In this document: piece after piece, positions 1 to 9,626 of the stretch
How positions within the stretch are numbered: position 1 is the stretch's first letter
Layout: each line of letters opens with the position of its first letter
Source: Candidatus Saccharimonadota bacterium
GTDB lineage: Bacteria > Bacteroidota > Bacteroidia > Flavobacteriales > Blattabacteriaceae
Reading direction: 5' to 3'
Length of the DNA: 32,000 bases
Assembly: GCF_002243425.1 (NCBI RefSeq)
Contig: NZ_CP021172.1
Span: 1-32,000, forward strand
Notes under the pieces: generated by a model
What the model was told of the DNA's origin: nothing
The model's input: only the letters and a program-made list of their open reading frames with translations
The model's database searches: none
Translations under genes and position numbers: made by a program

Positions 1-5
1 TAAAT

Positions 6-686
6 TTGTATAAAATAAATATAAAAGTTTTTTTTGAAGACTTGAATAAAAAAGATTTTCAAGAAACTTGGGTTTATCAAAACAAAATATTTAATATTAT
101 AATTAATATTAAAATCTATAATAGATTTTTAAAAAAAAAAATAAAAATTGTACCTAATTATTTATTATTTGTAGAACACAACAATGTTTATACATTAGGT
201 AAAATAGGATCATATAAAAATTTATTATTGAATAATCAAAATCTTATAATTTATAAAATTGATAGAGGAGGAGATATTACATATCATGGTCCTGGTCAAT
301 TAGTTTGTTATCCTATATTTGATATTATTAATTTTTATTTAGACATAAATAAATATTTACGTATTATTGAAGAAGTTATAATTAAACTTATATATAATTA
401 TTGTATTAAAGGATATAGAATATCTAATGAAACAGGGATATGGGTATATACTAGGAAAATATGTGCAATTGGTATTAAAGTAAGTAGATTTGTAACAATG
501 CATGGTTTTGCTTTAAATGTAAATACAGATTTAAGTTATTTTAATAATATAATTCCATGTGGAATAAAAAATAAAAGTGTTACATCAATAAATGTAGAAA
601 AAATAAATCATAAAATTGATATGTATGAAGTAAAATTCATTTTAAAAAAAAAAATAAATTTTTTATTTCAAATTAAATTGATTTAA
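6..686 (+). CDS. lipB: Octanoyltransferase LipB (lipoate-protein ligase B)
   Basis: 226-aa ORF with the LipB core motifs DRGGDITYHGPGQLV, KICAIGIKV, MHGFALNVN and IIPCG. The called start is a TTG at 6, and the frame is still open to the window edge, so the true start is uncertain. Confidence 0.9.
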   Translation: MYKINIKVFFEDLNKKDFQETWVYQNKIFNIIINIKIYNRFLKKKIKIVPNYLLFVEHNNVYTLGKIGSYKNLLLNNQNLIIYKIDRGGDITYHGPGQLVCYPIFDIINFYLDINKYLRIIEEVIIKLIYNYCIKGYRISNETGIWVYTRKICAIGIKVSRFVTMHGFALNVNTDLSYFNNIIPCGIKNKSVTSINVEKINHKIDMYEVKFILKKKINFLFQIKLI

Positions 687-729
687 TATTTATCTATATC
701 TAATTTCTAATTAAGAATATTTTATAAAT

Positions 730-3336
730 ATGAATAATATAAAAGTATATGATCATAAAAATGTAGAAAATAAAATATATCAATATTGGATTGATCAAAA
801 TTATTTTTCATCTTATCCAGATAAGAGAAAACCATATACTATAATAATGCCTCCACCTAATATTACAGGTATATTACATATGGGACATATTCTTAATAAC
901 ACAATACAAGATATTTTAATACGTTATGCTAGAATGAAAGGATATAATGCATGTTGGATTCCAGGAACAGATCATGCTTCTATTGCTACTGAAGCAAAAA
1001 TAGTTTCTTACTTAAAGAAAAAATGTCTTTCTAAAGAAAAAATAGGTAGACAAGAATTTTTAAAAATAGCATTTAAATGGAAAAATAAATATGAAAAAGT
1101 TATTATTAACCAAATAAAAAAAATAGGATGTTCTTGTGATTGGAATAGGAAGAAATTTACGATGGATAGTATTATGAATGAATCTGTAACAAAAATTTTT
1201 GTTAAACTATATAAAGAAGGAAAAATATATAGAGATTATAGTATTGTTAATTGGGATCCATATGCTAAAACTACAGTGTCAAATGAAGAAATAATTTATA
1301 AGAAATCTAATGGTAAATTATTTTATATTCAATATAAAATTGAAGGAGAAAATCACTTTTTAACAGTAGCTACGACAAGGCCAGAAACTATACTAGCAGA
1401 TACTGCAATCTGCATAAATCCAAAAGATAAAAGATATTTTAATTTAAAAAATAAAAGAGTTATTATTCCTTTATGTTCAAGATCAATTCCTATCATTGAA
1501 GATGATTACGTTGATATGAATTTTGGCACAGGATGTTTAAAAATCACTCCGGCTCATGATAAAAATGATAAATTAATTGCAGATAGGCATAATTTATCAG
1601 TTATTAATATTTTTGATGATAGAGCTATAATAAATAAAAATGGATTAATTTTTTCTGGTAAAGAAAGATTTAAAGCTAGAAAAGAAATTATTGAATTTCT
1701 TAAAAAGAAAAAAAGATTAGTAAAAATTGATAATTATATATATAATATAGGTATTTCTGAACGTACAAAATCTATTATTGAACCAAAATTATCTATACAA
1801 TGGTTTGTAAATATGAAGGATTTGATTATTCCCACTATAAATTTTATAAATAATAAAAAAATTAATTTTTATCCAAAAAAGATAAAAAAAAAATTTAATC
1901 ATTGGCTTTATAATATTCATGATTGGAATATATCACGTCAACTTTGGTGGGGTCATAGGCTACCTGTTTATTATTATAATAATGAAGATTTTGTAGTTTC
2001 TGAAACAATTGAAGGAGCTTTAAAAAAAGCACGTATAAAAAGTAATAATAATTTTTTATCTTATAAAGATCTTAGACAAGAAAATGATGTTTTAGATACT
2101 TGGTTTTCATCATGGTTATGGCCGATCTCTGTATTTGATGGAATTAGGTTTCCTAATAATAATGAAATAAAATATTATTATCCTACTCAAAATTTAGTTA
2201 CTGCACCTGATATATTATTTTTTTGGGTAACTCGTATGATAATGTCAGGATATTATCTAATGGGGACTCCACCTTTTAAAAAAATATATTTTACTGGAGT
2301 TGTTAAAGATAAAAAAAATATAAAAATGTCTAAATCTTTAGGTAATTCCCCTAATCCTATTGATTTGATAGATAAATATGGAGCTGATGCTGTTCGTGTT
2401 GGGATTTTATTAAGTGCTAATGCAGGAAATGATTTAATATTTGATGAAAATATTTGTTTAAAAGGACGTAATTTAGCTAATAAAATTTGGAATGCATTTC
2501 TATTAATTAATACTTTCAAATCAGTAAATTTTTTAAAAACAAATATTTATGCTGAATTAGCTATCAAATGGTTTGATAATCAAATTAATAAATTTTTCTA
2601 TAAAATAGAATTTTATATAAAAAAATATAGATTTTCTGAATCATTTATGATGATATATAAATTATTTTTGCATGATTTTTGTTCATTATATTTAGAATTG
2701 ATAAAATCAAATTCAAAAATTTTAAATAAAAAAATAATAAATAAAACTATTTTTTTTTTTAAAAAAATAATAAAATTATTTCATCCTTATATGCCTTTTA
2801 TAACAGAAAAAATTTGGCAAAATTTTAAATCAAAAAAAAATGAAAATGATTTAATTATTACAAATTTGCCAAAAAAATATTTATTTAATAATAAATTAAT
2901 AAAAAAATTTAAAAAATCTATTACTTTTATAAGTATAATACGTAATTTACGTATTAATAATAATATTTCTAATAATCAAAAAATCAAGTTATTAATTTTA
3001 TCCGAAAATAAAAAAAAATTATTTTATTCTTTAATTTTAAAATTAGGAAATATAAGTTCTTTACATGTTTTTAAAAAAAAACCTAAAAAAAAATATTATT
3101 CTTTAATATTCGAAACGAAAGAATATTTTATACCAAAATTATTAAATTCTAATAATTTAGAACAAAAAAAAATTTTTATAAAAAAAATGTTTTTAAAAAA
3201 AATTAAAAATAAAATTAATAATAAAAAATTTTTAGAACATGCTTCATTAGATATAGTTAAAAAAGAAAAAAAAAAAGAATTAGATTGTATTAAAAATCTT
3301 TTTCTTCTTAAAAAAAATAGAAATGAAAATGGATAA
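730..3336 (+). CDS. valS: Valyl-tRNA synthetase
   Basis: 868-aa ORF with the class I HIGH-type motif PPPNITGILHMGH, KMSKS, ISRQLWWGHRLP and TWFSSWLWP. The C-terminal third is Lys/Asn/Ile low complexity. Confidence 0.95.
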   Translation: MNNIKVYDHKNVENKIYQYWIDQNYFSSYPDKRKPYTIIMPPPNITGILHMGHILNNTIQDILIRYARMKGYNACWIPGTDHASIATEAKIVSYLKKKCLSKEKIGRQEFLKIAFKWKNKYEKVIINQIKKIGCSCDWNRKKFTMDSIMNESVTKIFVKLYKEGKIYRDYSIVNWDPYAKTTVSNEEIIYKKSNGKLFYIQYKIEGENHFLTVATTRPETILADTAICINPKDKRYFNLKNKRVIIPLCSRSIPIIEDDYVDMNFGTGCLKITPAHDKNDKLIADRHNLSVINIFDDRAIINKNGLIFSGKERFKARKEIIEFLKKKKRLVKIDNYIYNIGISERTKSIIEPKLSIQWFVNMKDLIIPTINFINNKKINFYPKKIKKKFNHWLYNIHDWNISRQLWWGHRLPVYYYNNEDFVVSETIEGALKKARIKSNNNFLSYKDLRQENDVLDTWFSSWLWPISVFDGIRFPNNNEIKYYYPTQNLVTAPDILFFWVTRMIMSGYYLMGTPPFKKIYFTGVVKDKKNIKMSKSLGNSPNPIDLIDKYGADAVRVGILLSANAGNDLIFDENICLKGRNLANKIWNAFLLINTFKSVNFLKTNIYAELAIKWFDNQINKFFYKIEFYIKKYRFSESFMMIYKLFLHDFCSLYLELIKSNSKILNKKIINKTIFFFKKIIKLFHPYMPFITEKIWQNFKSKKNENDLIITNLPKKYLFNNKLIKKFKKSITFISIIRNLRINNNISNNQKIKLLILSENKKKLFYSLILKLGNISSLHVFKKKPKKKYYSLIFETKEYFIPKLLNSNNLEQKKIFIKKMFLKKIKNKINNKKFLEHASLDIVKKEKKKELDCIKNLFLLKKNRNENG

Positions 3337-5174
3337 ACAATCAAAATTTATAATTAAAACTGTTTTTAAAAAAATAATATTTTTTTTAATTATTTTTTTT
3401 TTTTTATTTTTTAAAAATTATAAAAAATCCTAAAAACATTACACATACTACACAAGAGAAATTCTTTGAATTATTATCAAAGAATAAAATAAACAAATTT
3501 CTTGTAATTAATAAGACTAAAGTTAGTTTTACATTAAATGATAAAAATTCTAATTTTAAATCACATTTATCACGTTATGAATTTGAAATAGGTGATTTAC
3601 AATTATTTAAAACAAAAATTTCTTTTTATAAAGAATTATATGAAATAAATACTAATTTTGAATTCAAAAATTATAAAATATATACTGTTTTAAATTTTTT
3701 TTACGATTACGTTTTTTTTTTAATGATAATAATAATTTGTTGTATTTTTCTTTTTAGAAAAATTGCCTCAAGATCATCAGTATTTAATATTGTAAAATCA
3801 AAAGCAAAATTATATTATTATAATAATATAACATTTAAAGATGTTGCAGGATTAGAAGGACCTAAAGAAGAAATAAAAGAAATAGTAGATTTTTTAAAAT
3901 CTCCTAATAAATATACTAAATTGGGGGGTAAAATACCTAAAGGAGCATTATTAATAGGCCCACCTGGAACAGGAAAAACATTATTAGCAAAAGCTGTTGC
4001 TGGGGAAGCCCAAGTTCCATTTTTTTACCTTTCTGGATCTGATTTTGTGGAAATGTTTGTAGGTGTAGGGGCTTCTAGAGTTAGAGATTTATTTTATATT
4101 GCAAAATTAAAATCTCCCTCTATAATTTTTATAGATGAAATAGATGCAATAGGACGTGCCCGTGTAAAAAATAAGATACCTGTAGGAAATGATGAAAGAG
4201 AAAATACTCTTAATAAACTGCTTACAGAAATGGATGGATTTAGTACTAAAACTAATGTTATTGTTTTAGCTGCTACTAATAGGTATGATATTTTAGATGA
4301 TGCATTATTACGGTCAGGTCGTTTTGATAGAACTATATTTATAGATCTACCTTCATTAAAGGAAAGAAAGGATATAATGAAAGTTCATTTAAAGAAAATA
4401 AAATTTTCTAAATCTATTGATTTAGATTTGATATCTAGACAAATACCAGGTTTTAGTGGAGCTGATATATCAAATATTTGTAATGAAGCAGCTCTTCTTG
4501 CTGCAAGAAGAAATAAAGTTAAAGTAGAAACTAAAGATTTGATAGATACGATCTATCGTAGAATAGGTGGAATTGAAAAAAAAAATATTTTAATAAAAAA
4601 AAATGAAAAAAAACGTATTGCTTATCATGAAACTGGTCATGCTATAATTAGTTGGATGATTGAATATGCTCATTCTGTATTTAAAATAACAATAACACCA
4701 AGAGGTAAATCATTAGGGGCAGCATGGTATATTCCAGAGGAAAGACAAATAACTACAGAAGATCAAATGAAAGATGAAATTTGTACTCTTCTTGGTGGAA
4801 GAGCTGCTGAATATCTTATATTTAATAATAAATCCACAGGAGCATTAAATGATCTTGAAAGAATTACTAAACAAGCACAATCTATGGTAAAATTTTTTGG
4901 GCTTAGTTCTTTAGGGAATATTTCTTATTTTGATTCAACAGGAAGAAATGATTTTTATTTAGAAAAAGCATATAGTGAAAAAACATCAGAAATTATAGAT
5001 AAAGAAATAAATAAAATTATAAAAGAACAATATAAAAGAGCATTAGAAATTTTAAAAAAAAACTATGATAAATTAATTTTTTTAGCGGAAAAATTATTTA
5101 AAAAAGAAGTTCTTTTTAAAGAAGATTTTGCCTCTATTAAAAAAAATATAAAATTAAATAATTTTATTAAATGA
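3329..5174 (+). CDS. ftsH: ATP-dependent zinc metalloprotease FtsH, interrupted by a one-base frame change in a T13 run (3393-3405)
   Basis: The frame of the called ORF (3723..5174) is open back to 3390. It encodes the FtsH periplasmic segment and TM2, then Walker A GPPGTGKT, Walker [33 protein letters not shown] and the zinc site HETGHAI. The only ATG with a TM1-like peptide ([25 protein letters not shown]...) starts at 3329 in another frame and stops at 3431-3433. Deleting one T from the T13 run joins the two frames. Confidence 0.85.
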
Positions 5175-6277
5175 AATTTATAACCTCTAGTAATGATCTT
5201 TTAAAAGAATTAAAAGCTCTTTTTAATGTTATTAATAATAAATTACCGATTTTAGAAACTTTTTATTTAAAAATAAAAAAAAAAAATATATTAAATATAA
5301 CAGTCTCTGATTTAGAAATCACTATGACTACTAAATTAAGAATTAATTCAATTAATTATGGTAGTGCAGCAATACCTTATAAAATCTTAATAGATATTTT
5401 AAAAAATATTCCTGAACAACCTTTAACTTTTATTAAAGAAATTGATAATAAATTAAAAATTATATACCAAAACGGTGAATACAATATATCTATATATTCT
5501 TCAGAAGAATATCCAAAATATTCTATATTAGAAAATACAAATTCTATATTAATTTCTGAAAACAAATTATTAAATATTATAAATAATACTTTATTTGCAG
5601 TAGGAAATGATGAGATTCGTCCAGTTATCAATGGAGTTTTATTTGAAATAAATTCAAAAATGTCAAATTTTGTATCAACAAATACTAATATATTAGTAAA
5701 ATATACTAGAAAAGATATATTATCTAATAATAATATAAAATTTATTATTTCAAAAAAAACATTAAATATATTAAAAAATAATTTGGAAAATTCAGATGAA
5801 TATGTATATATATCATATAATAAACTGAATACATCTTTTTTATTTAAAAAAAAAAAAATTATATGTACTCTTATAAATGGTATTTATCCAAATTATTTAT
5901 CTATAATTAATAATTTTTATAATAAAATTTTAATTATAAATAGGAATTATTTTATTAATTCTATTAAACGTGTTACATATTTTTCAAATATAATAACTCA
6001 AATAATTTTAAATCTATCTAAAAACCAATCTAAAATTTCATCATGGGATATAAATTATAATAATAAAGCATTTGAATATTTATTTTGTTCTTATGAAGGA
6101 GATCCTATAAAAATAGGATTTAATTCAAAATTTTTAATTGATATATTATCAAATATTAATTGTGATGATATCAAATTTGAAATATTAGACAATAAATCTT
6201 CTTGTAAATTGACACCCATTATTAATTTATCTAATATAGAAGAAATCTTGATTTTAATAATGCCTATTAAATATTAA
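5171..6277 (+). CDS. dnaN: DNA polymerase III beta subunit (sliding clamp)
   Basis: 368-aa ORF of typical clamp length. It has an MKF N-terminus, EIRPVINGVLFE and GFNSKFLIDILSNI-like segments. Its start overlaps the ftsH stop as ATGA. Confidence 0.85.
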   Translation: MKFITSSNDLLKELKALFNVINNKLPILETFYLKIKKKNILNITVSDLEITMTTKLRINSINYGSAAIPYKILIDILKNIPEQPLTFIKEIDNKLKIIYQNGEYNISIYSSEEYPKYSILENTNSILISENKLLNIINNTLFAVGNDEIRPVINGVLFEINSKMSNFVSTNTNILVKYTRKDILSNNNIKFIISKKTLNILKNNLENSDEYVYISYNKLNTSFLFKKKKIICTLINGIYPNYLSIINNFYNKILIINRNYFINSIKRVTYFSNIITQIILNLSKNQSKISSWDINYNNKAFEYLFCSYEGDPIKIGFNSKFLIDILSNINCDDIKFEILDNKSSCKLTPIINLSNIEEILILIMPIKY

Positions 6278-6282
6278 TAATA

Positions 6283-8457
6283 ATGAAAATATCTTACAAT
6301 TGGTTAAAAAAATATATTTATACTTCAGTAGATATTAAACTTATCTGTAATCTATTAACGGATATTGGTTTTAATGTTGAAAAGTTAAAAAAAATTTCTT
6401 TTTCAGAAAAAAAAAAGGAAAAATTCATTATTTGTAAAATAATAAAATCTCAGAGGATAGTGAAATATTTTTTTATTTTAAAAAAAAAAAAATATAAAAA
6501 AATTTATAATATTATTTATAATTTTTTTTTTAAAAAAAAATACTCTTCTTTAAAAGAAGATTATTTAATAGAATTAAATATTCCACCTAATAAAGGAGAT
6601 GTAATGAGTCATTATGGTATAGCTAGAGATTTAAATATTGCTTTAAAATATAGAGGATTTCTATCTAAAATTAGAGATTTACCACCTGTTTCTCTTTTTA
6701 AGAAAGATTTTGATTTTCAAAATCTTAAAATAAAACATAATAAAAAATGTATAAGATATACATATACTACTATATGTAATATTAATGTTTATGATTCACC
6801 TAAATGGTTAAAACAATATTTAAATATTATAGGTTGTAACACAAGAAATAACATATTAGATATAGAAAATTTTATTATGTATGAATTAGGTCAACCTATC
6901 AAAATATTTGATTTAGATAAAATCATAGATTTGTTTTTAAAAATAAAATTTTCAAAAAAAAAACTTAAATTTAAATTAAATGATAATAAAGATATTTTTT
7001 TAAATGAAAAAGATTTAGTTTTATTTAACTATCAAAATCCTATATGTATAGCAGGTATATTAGTTAATCAAGATTTTGTAGTTAATAAACAAACTAAAAA
7101 TCTTTTTATTGAAAGTGCATATTATGCATCAGAATCTATATATAGAACTGCAAAAAAATATCATTTAAAAAATGATTCATCTATAAGATTTGAAAGAGGA
7201 ATAGATCCTAATCTTATTATATATGCGTTAAAACGTGCTGCATTATTAATTAAAGAAATATCTGGGGGAAAAATAACTTCAAATGTTATAGATATTTATC
7301 CAAATAAAATAAATAATATAGAAATCTTTTTACGTTATAAAAGACTATATAATATAGTTGGATTTAATATAAATAAAAAAAAAATTAAAGAAATATTATT
7401 TCTTTTAGAAATTTCTATATTATTTGAAAATTTCAATGGATTAAAAATTAAAGTTCCGTTATATCGAAAAGATATAACTAGGGAAATTGATGTTATTGAA
7501 GAAATCTTAAGAATATATGGATATAATAATTTTTGTTTTAAACATGAAATTTTTTTAAAACAAATTAATTTAAATAAAAATCTAAAAATAGAAAATATGA
7601 TTTCCAATCAATTAAATTCACATGGTTTTTATGAAACGTTAAATATTTCTTTAAATAAAAAGAAATATATAAATTATTTTAATAATAATTTATATAAAAA
7701 AATCAATATATTAAATTCTTATAATAAAGATTTATCTATTTTAAGGTTCAGTCTTTTATTTGGTATACTTGAAAATATTTCCTATAATTTAAATAGAAAT
7801 CTAAATAATTTAAAATTATTCGAATGGGGTAAAAAATATTTTTTTTATAAAAAAAATATTATAGAAAACAAAACTCTTGGAATAATTATTTCATATGAAA
7901 TAAAAAAAAATTATAATATATTTTTTTATTTTAAAGGAATTTTAGAACAATTAATAATAAGATGTGGAATAAAATTTTTTAATCAAAAAATATATAAAGA
8001 TTCTATTTTAGAAAATGGTGTATCATTTTCTTATAAGAATTATATTTTTTGTATTATTGGATATGTTAAAAACAAAATTTTAATAGAATTTGAAATTTTA
8101 AATAAAATATTATATGCAGATATAAATTGGGATCTAATTAATATTCTTTTTAAGAAGAATGATAAAACAATCTATAAAAAAATAGATCCTCTTTATAGAA
8201 GAGATATATCTTTACTTATTGAGAATAATATTTCTTTTGAAGAAATTAAAAAAATTTCTTTTTCAGAAAAAAAAATAATAAAAATCTGTTTATTAGATGA
8301 ATATAAATCACAAAATTTACCTTTTGGTAAAAAATCTTATACTATAAGTTTTTTCTTTAAAGATAAAAACAATAATTTAACTGATGCTCTCATTGAGAAT
8401 ACTATTAATAGTTTAAAACTAAAATTTATAAAAAAACTAAAAGCGAAAATAAGATAA
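6283..8457 (+). CDS. pheT: Phenylalanyl-tRNA synthetase beta subunit (shortened N-terminal region)
   Basis: 724-aa ORF with the N-terminus MKISYNWLKKYI, PPNKGDVMSHYGIARDL (the TPNRxDxxSxxGxARD motif), SIRFERGIDP and C-terminal GKKSYTISFFF. The region where the tRNA-binding OB domain normally sits is short and Lys-rich. Confidence 0.9.
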   Translation: MKISYNWLKKYIYTSVDIKLICNLLTDIGFNVEKLKKISFSEKKKEKFIICKIIKSQRIVKYFFILKKKKYKKIYNIIYNFFFKKKYSSLKEDYLIELNIPPNKGDVMSHYGIARDLNIALKYRGFLSKIRDLPPVSLFKKDFDFQNLKIKHNKKCIRYTYTTICNINVYDSPKWLKQYLNIIGCNTRNNILDIENFIMYELGQPIKIFDLDKIIDLFLKIKFSKKKLKFKLNDNKDIFLNEKDLVLFNYQNPICIAGILVNQDFVVNKQTKNLFIESAYYASESIYRTAKKYHLKNDSSIRFERGIDPNLIIYALKRAALLIKEISGGKITSNVIDIYPNKINNIEIFLRYKRLYNIVGFNINKKKIKEILFLLEISILFENFNGLKIKVPLYRKDITREIDVIEEILRIYGYNNFCFKHEIFLKQINLNKNLKIENMISNQLNSHGFYETLNISLNKKKYINYFNNNLYKKINILNSYNKDLSILRFSLLFGILENISYNLNRNLNNLKLFEWGKKYFFYKKNIIENKTLGIIISYEIKKNYNIFFYFKGILEQLIIRCGIKFFNQKIYKDSILENGVSFSYKNYIFCIIGYVKNKILIEFEILNKILYADINWDLINILFKKNDKTIYKKIDPLYRRDISLLIENNISFEEIKKISFSEKKIIKICLLDEYKSQNLPFGKKSYTISFFFKDKNNNLTDALIENTINSLKLKFIKKLKAKIR
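6388..6415 (+). repeat. Copy 1 of a 28-nt exact direct repeat within pheT
   Basis: aaaaaaatttctttttcagaaaaaaaaa is identical to 8248-8275. Both copies are in the pheT reading frame and encode KKISFSEKK. Confidence 0.9.
8248..8275 (+). repeat. Copy 2 of a 28-nt exact direct repeat within pheT
   Basis: Identical to 6388-6415. The flanks are also similar: gaa-aag-tta versus gaa-gaa-att upstream, and att-tgt versus atc-tgt downstream. Confidence 0.9.
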
Positions 8458-8507
8458 TTTGTTTTAAAAATTATTTTGTATATAACTTTACAAAAAGTAA
8501 TAAAATT

Positions 8508-9626
8508 ATGAAAATTTTAAATAAACCATATTATGGTATATATTTTGGTAAAAATTATTATAAATTATTAAAAAATTATTTTTTAAATAAAAATTTTTTT
8601 TCAAAAAAAATAATTTTATTAGATATAAATACAAAAAAATATTGTTTACATTATTTTTTATCTAAAACAAATTTATTTAATAAATATTATATTATAAATC
8701 TATTCTCAGGAGAAGAGGAAAAAAATATTTATACTTGTAAAAAAATATGGAAAAAATTAATAAAACTAAATGCAGATAGAAATAGTATTGTTATAAATTT
8801 AGGAGGAGGAGTAATTACAGATATGGGAGGATTTGCTTGTTCAGTTTTTAAAAGAGGTTTAAATTTTATTAATATTCCTACTACTCTTCTTAGTATGATA
8901 GATGCTTCTATAGGTGGAAAAACAGCTATTAATTTTTTTTCATTAAAAAATGAAATTGGATTATTTAACTATTCTAAAATAATTTTAATAGATAAAAATT
9001 ATTTAAAAACCTTATCGGAAGATGAAATAAAATCAGGATTATCAGAAATCATAAAATATGGATTAATATATGATATTAATTTATGGAATTTATTAAAAAT
9101 TAGAGTTTTTAGCAAATTTTTATATGATAAATTATTATATGATAAATTATTATATGAGAAATTATTATATGAGATTATATATAAATCTATAAATATAAAA
9201 AATAATATAATAGAAAAAGATTATAAAGAAAAAGGATTAAGAAAAATTTTAAATTTTGGTCATACTATTGGACATGCAATAGAAAGTTATTTTATTTATA
9301 ATTTAAATAAAAGATTATCCCATGGACATAGTATAGCTATAGGAATGATATGTGAATCTTGGATTTCATATAAAATGAAAATTATAAAAAAAACTGAATT
9401 TGAAGAAATATATAACGTATTATCAATTTTATATAAAAAAATTAAAATATATAATTCAGATATATATAAAATCTTATATTTTATGAAACATGATAAAAAA
9501 AATCAAAATAAAAAAATGAAATTTTCTTTAATAAAAGAAATAGGATATTGTTTATATAATATTGAAGTAGATTATGAATTAATAAAAGAAAGTATTAAAA
9601 ATCATTTTATCTATGATAGAAAATGA
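8508..9626 (+). CDS. aroB: 3-dehydroquinate synthase
   Basis: 372-aa ORF with [42 protein letters not shown] and HGHSIAIGM. It contains an internal 15-bp tandem repeat. Confidence 0.9.
   Translation: MKILNKPYYGIYFGKNYYKLLKNYFLNKNFFSKKIILLDINTKKYCLHYFLSKTNLFNKYYIINLFSGEEEKNIYTCKKIWKKLIKLNADRNSIVINLGGGVITDMGGFACSVFKRGLNFINIPTTLLSMIDASIGGKTAINFFSLKNEIGLFNYSKIILIDKNYLKTLSEDEIKSGLSEIIKYGLIYDINLWNLLKIRVFSKFLYDKLLYDKLLYEKLLYEIIYKSINIKNNIIEKDYKEKGLRKILNFGHTIGHAIESYFIYNLNKRLSHGHSIAIGMICESWISYKMKIIKKTEFEEIYNVLSILYKKIKIYNSDIYKILYFMKHDKKNQNKKMKFSLIKEIGYCLYNIEVDYELIKESIKNHFIYDRK
9119..9175. repeat. In-frame 15-bp tandem repeat (about 3.8 copies) inside aroB
   Basis: ttatatgataaatta occurs twice, then ttatatgagaaatta, then a partial ttatatgagatt. 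The translation is [19 protein letters not shown]. Confidence 0.9.

Noticed and set aside
5171-5174. Possible UGA-to-Trp recoding, as seen in some tiny symbiont genomes
   Set aside because: TGA ends ftsH, aroB and prs at sensible lengths, and two of these are at ATGA overlaps. Trp positions in conserved motifs are encoded by TGG. No conserved gene is broken by an in-frame TGA under the standard code.
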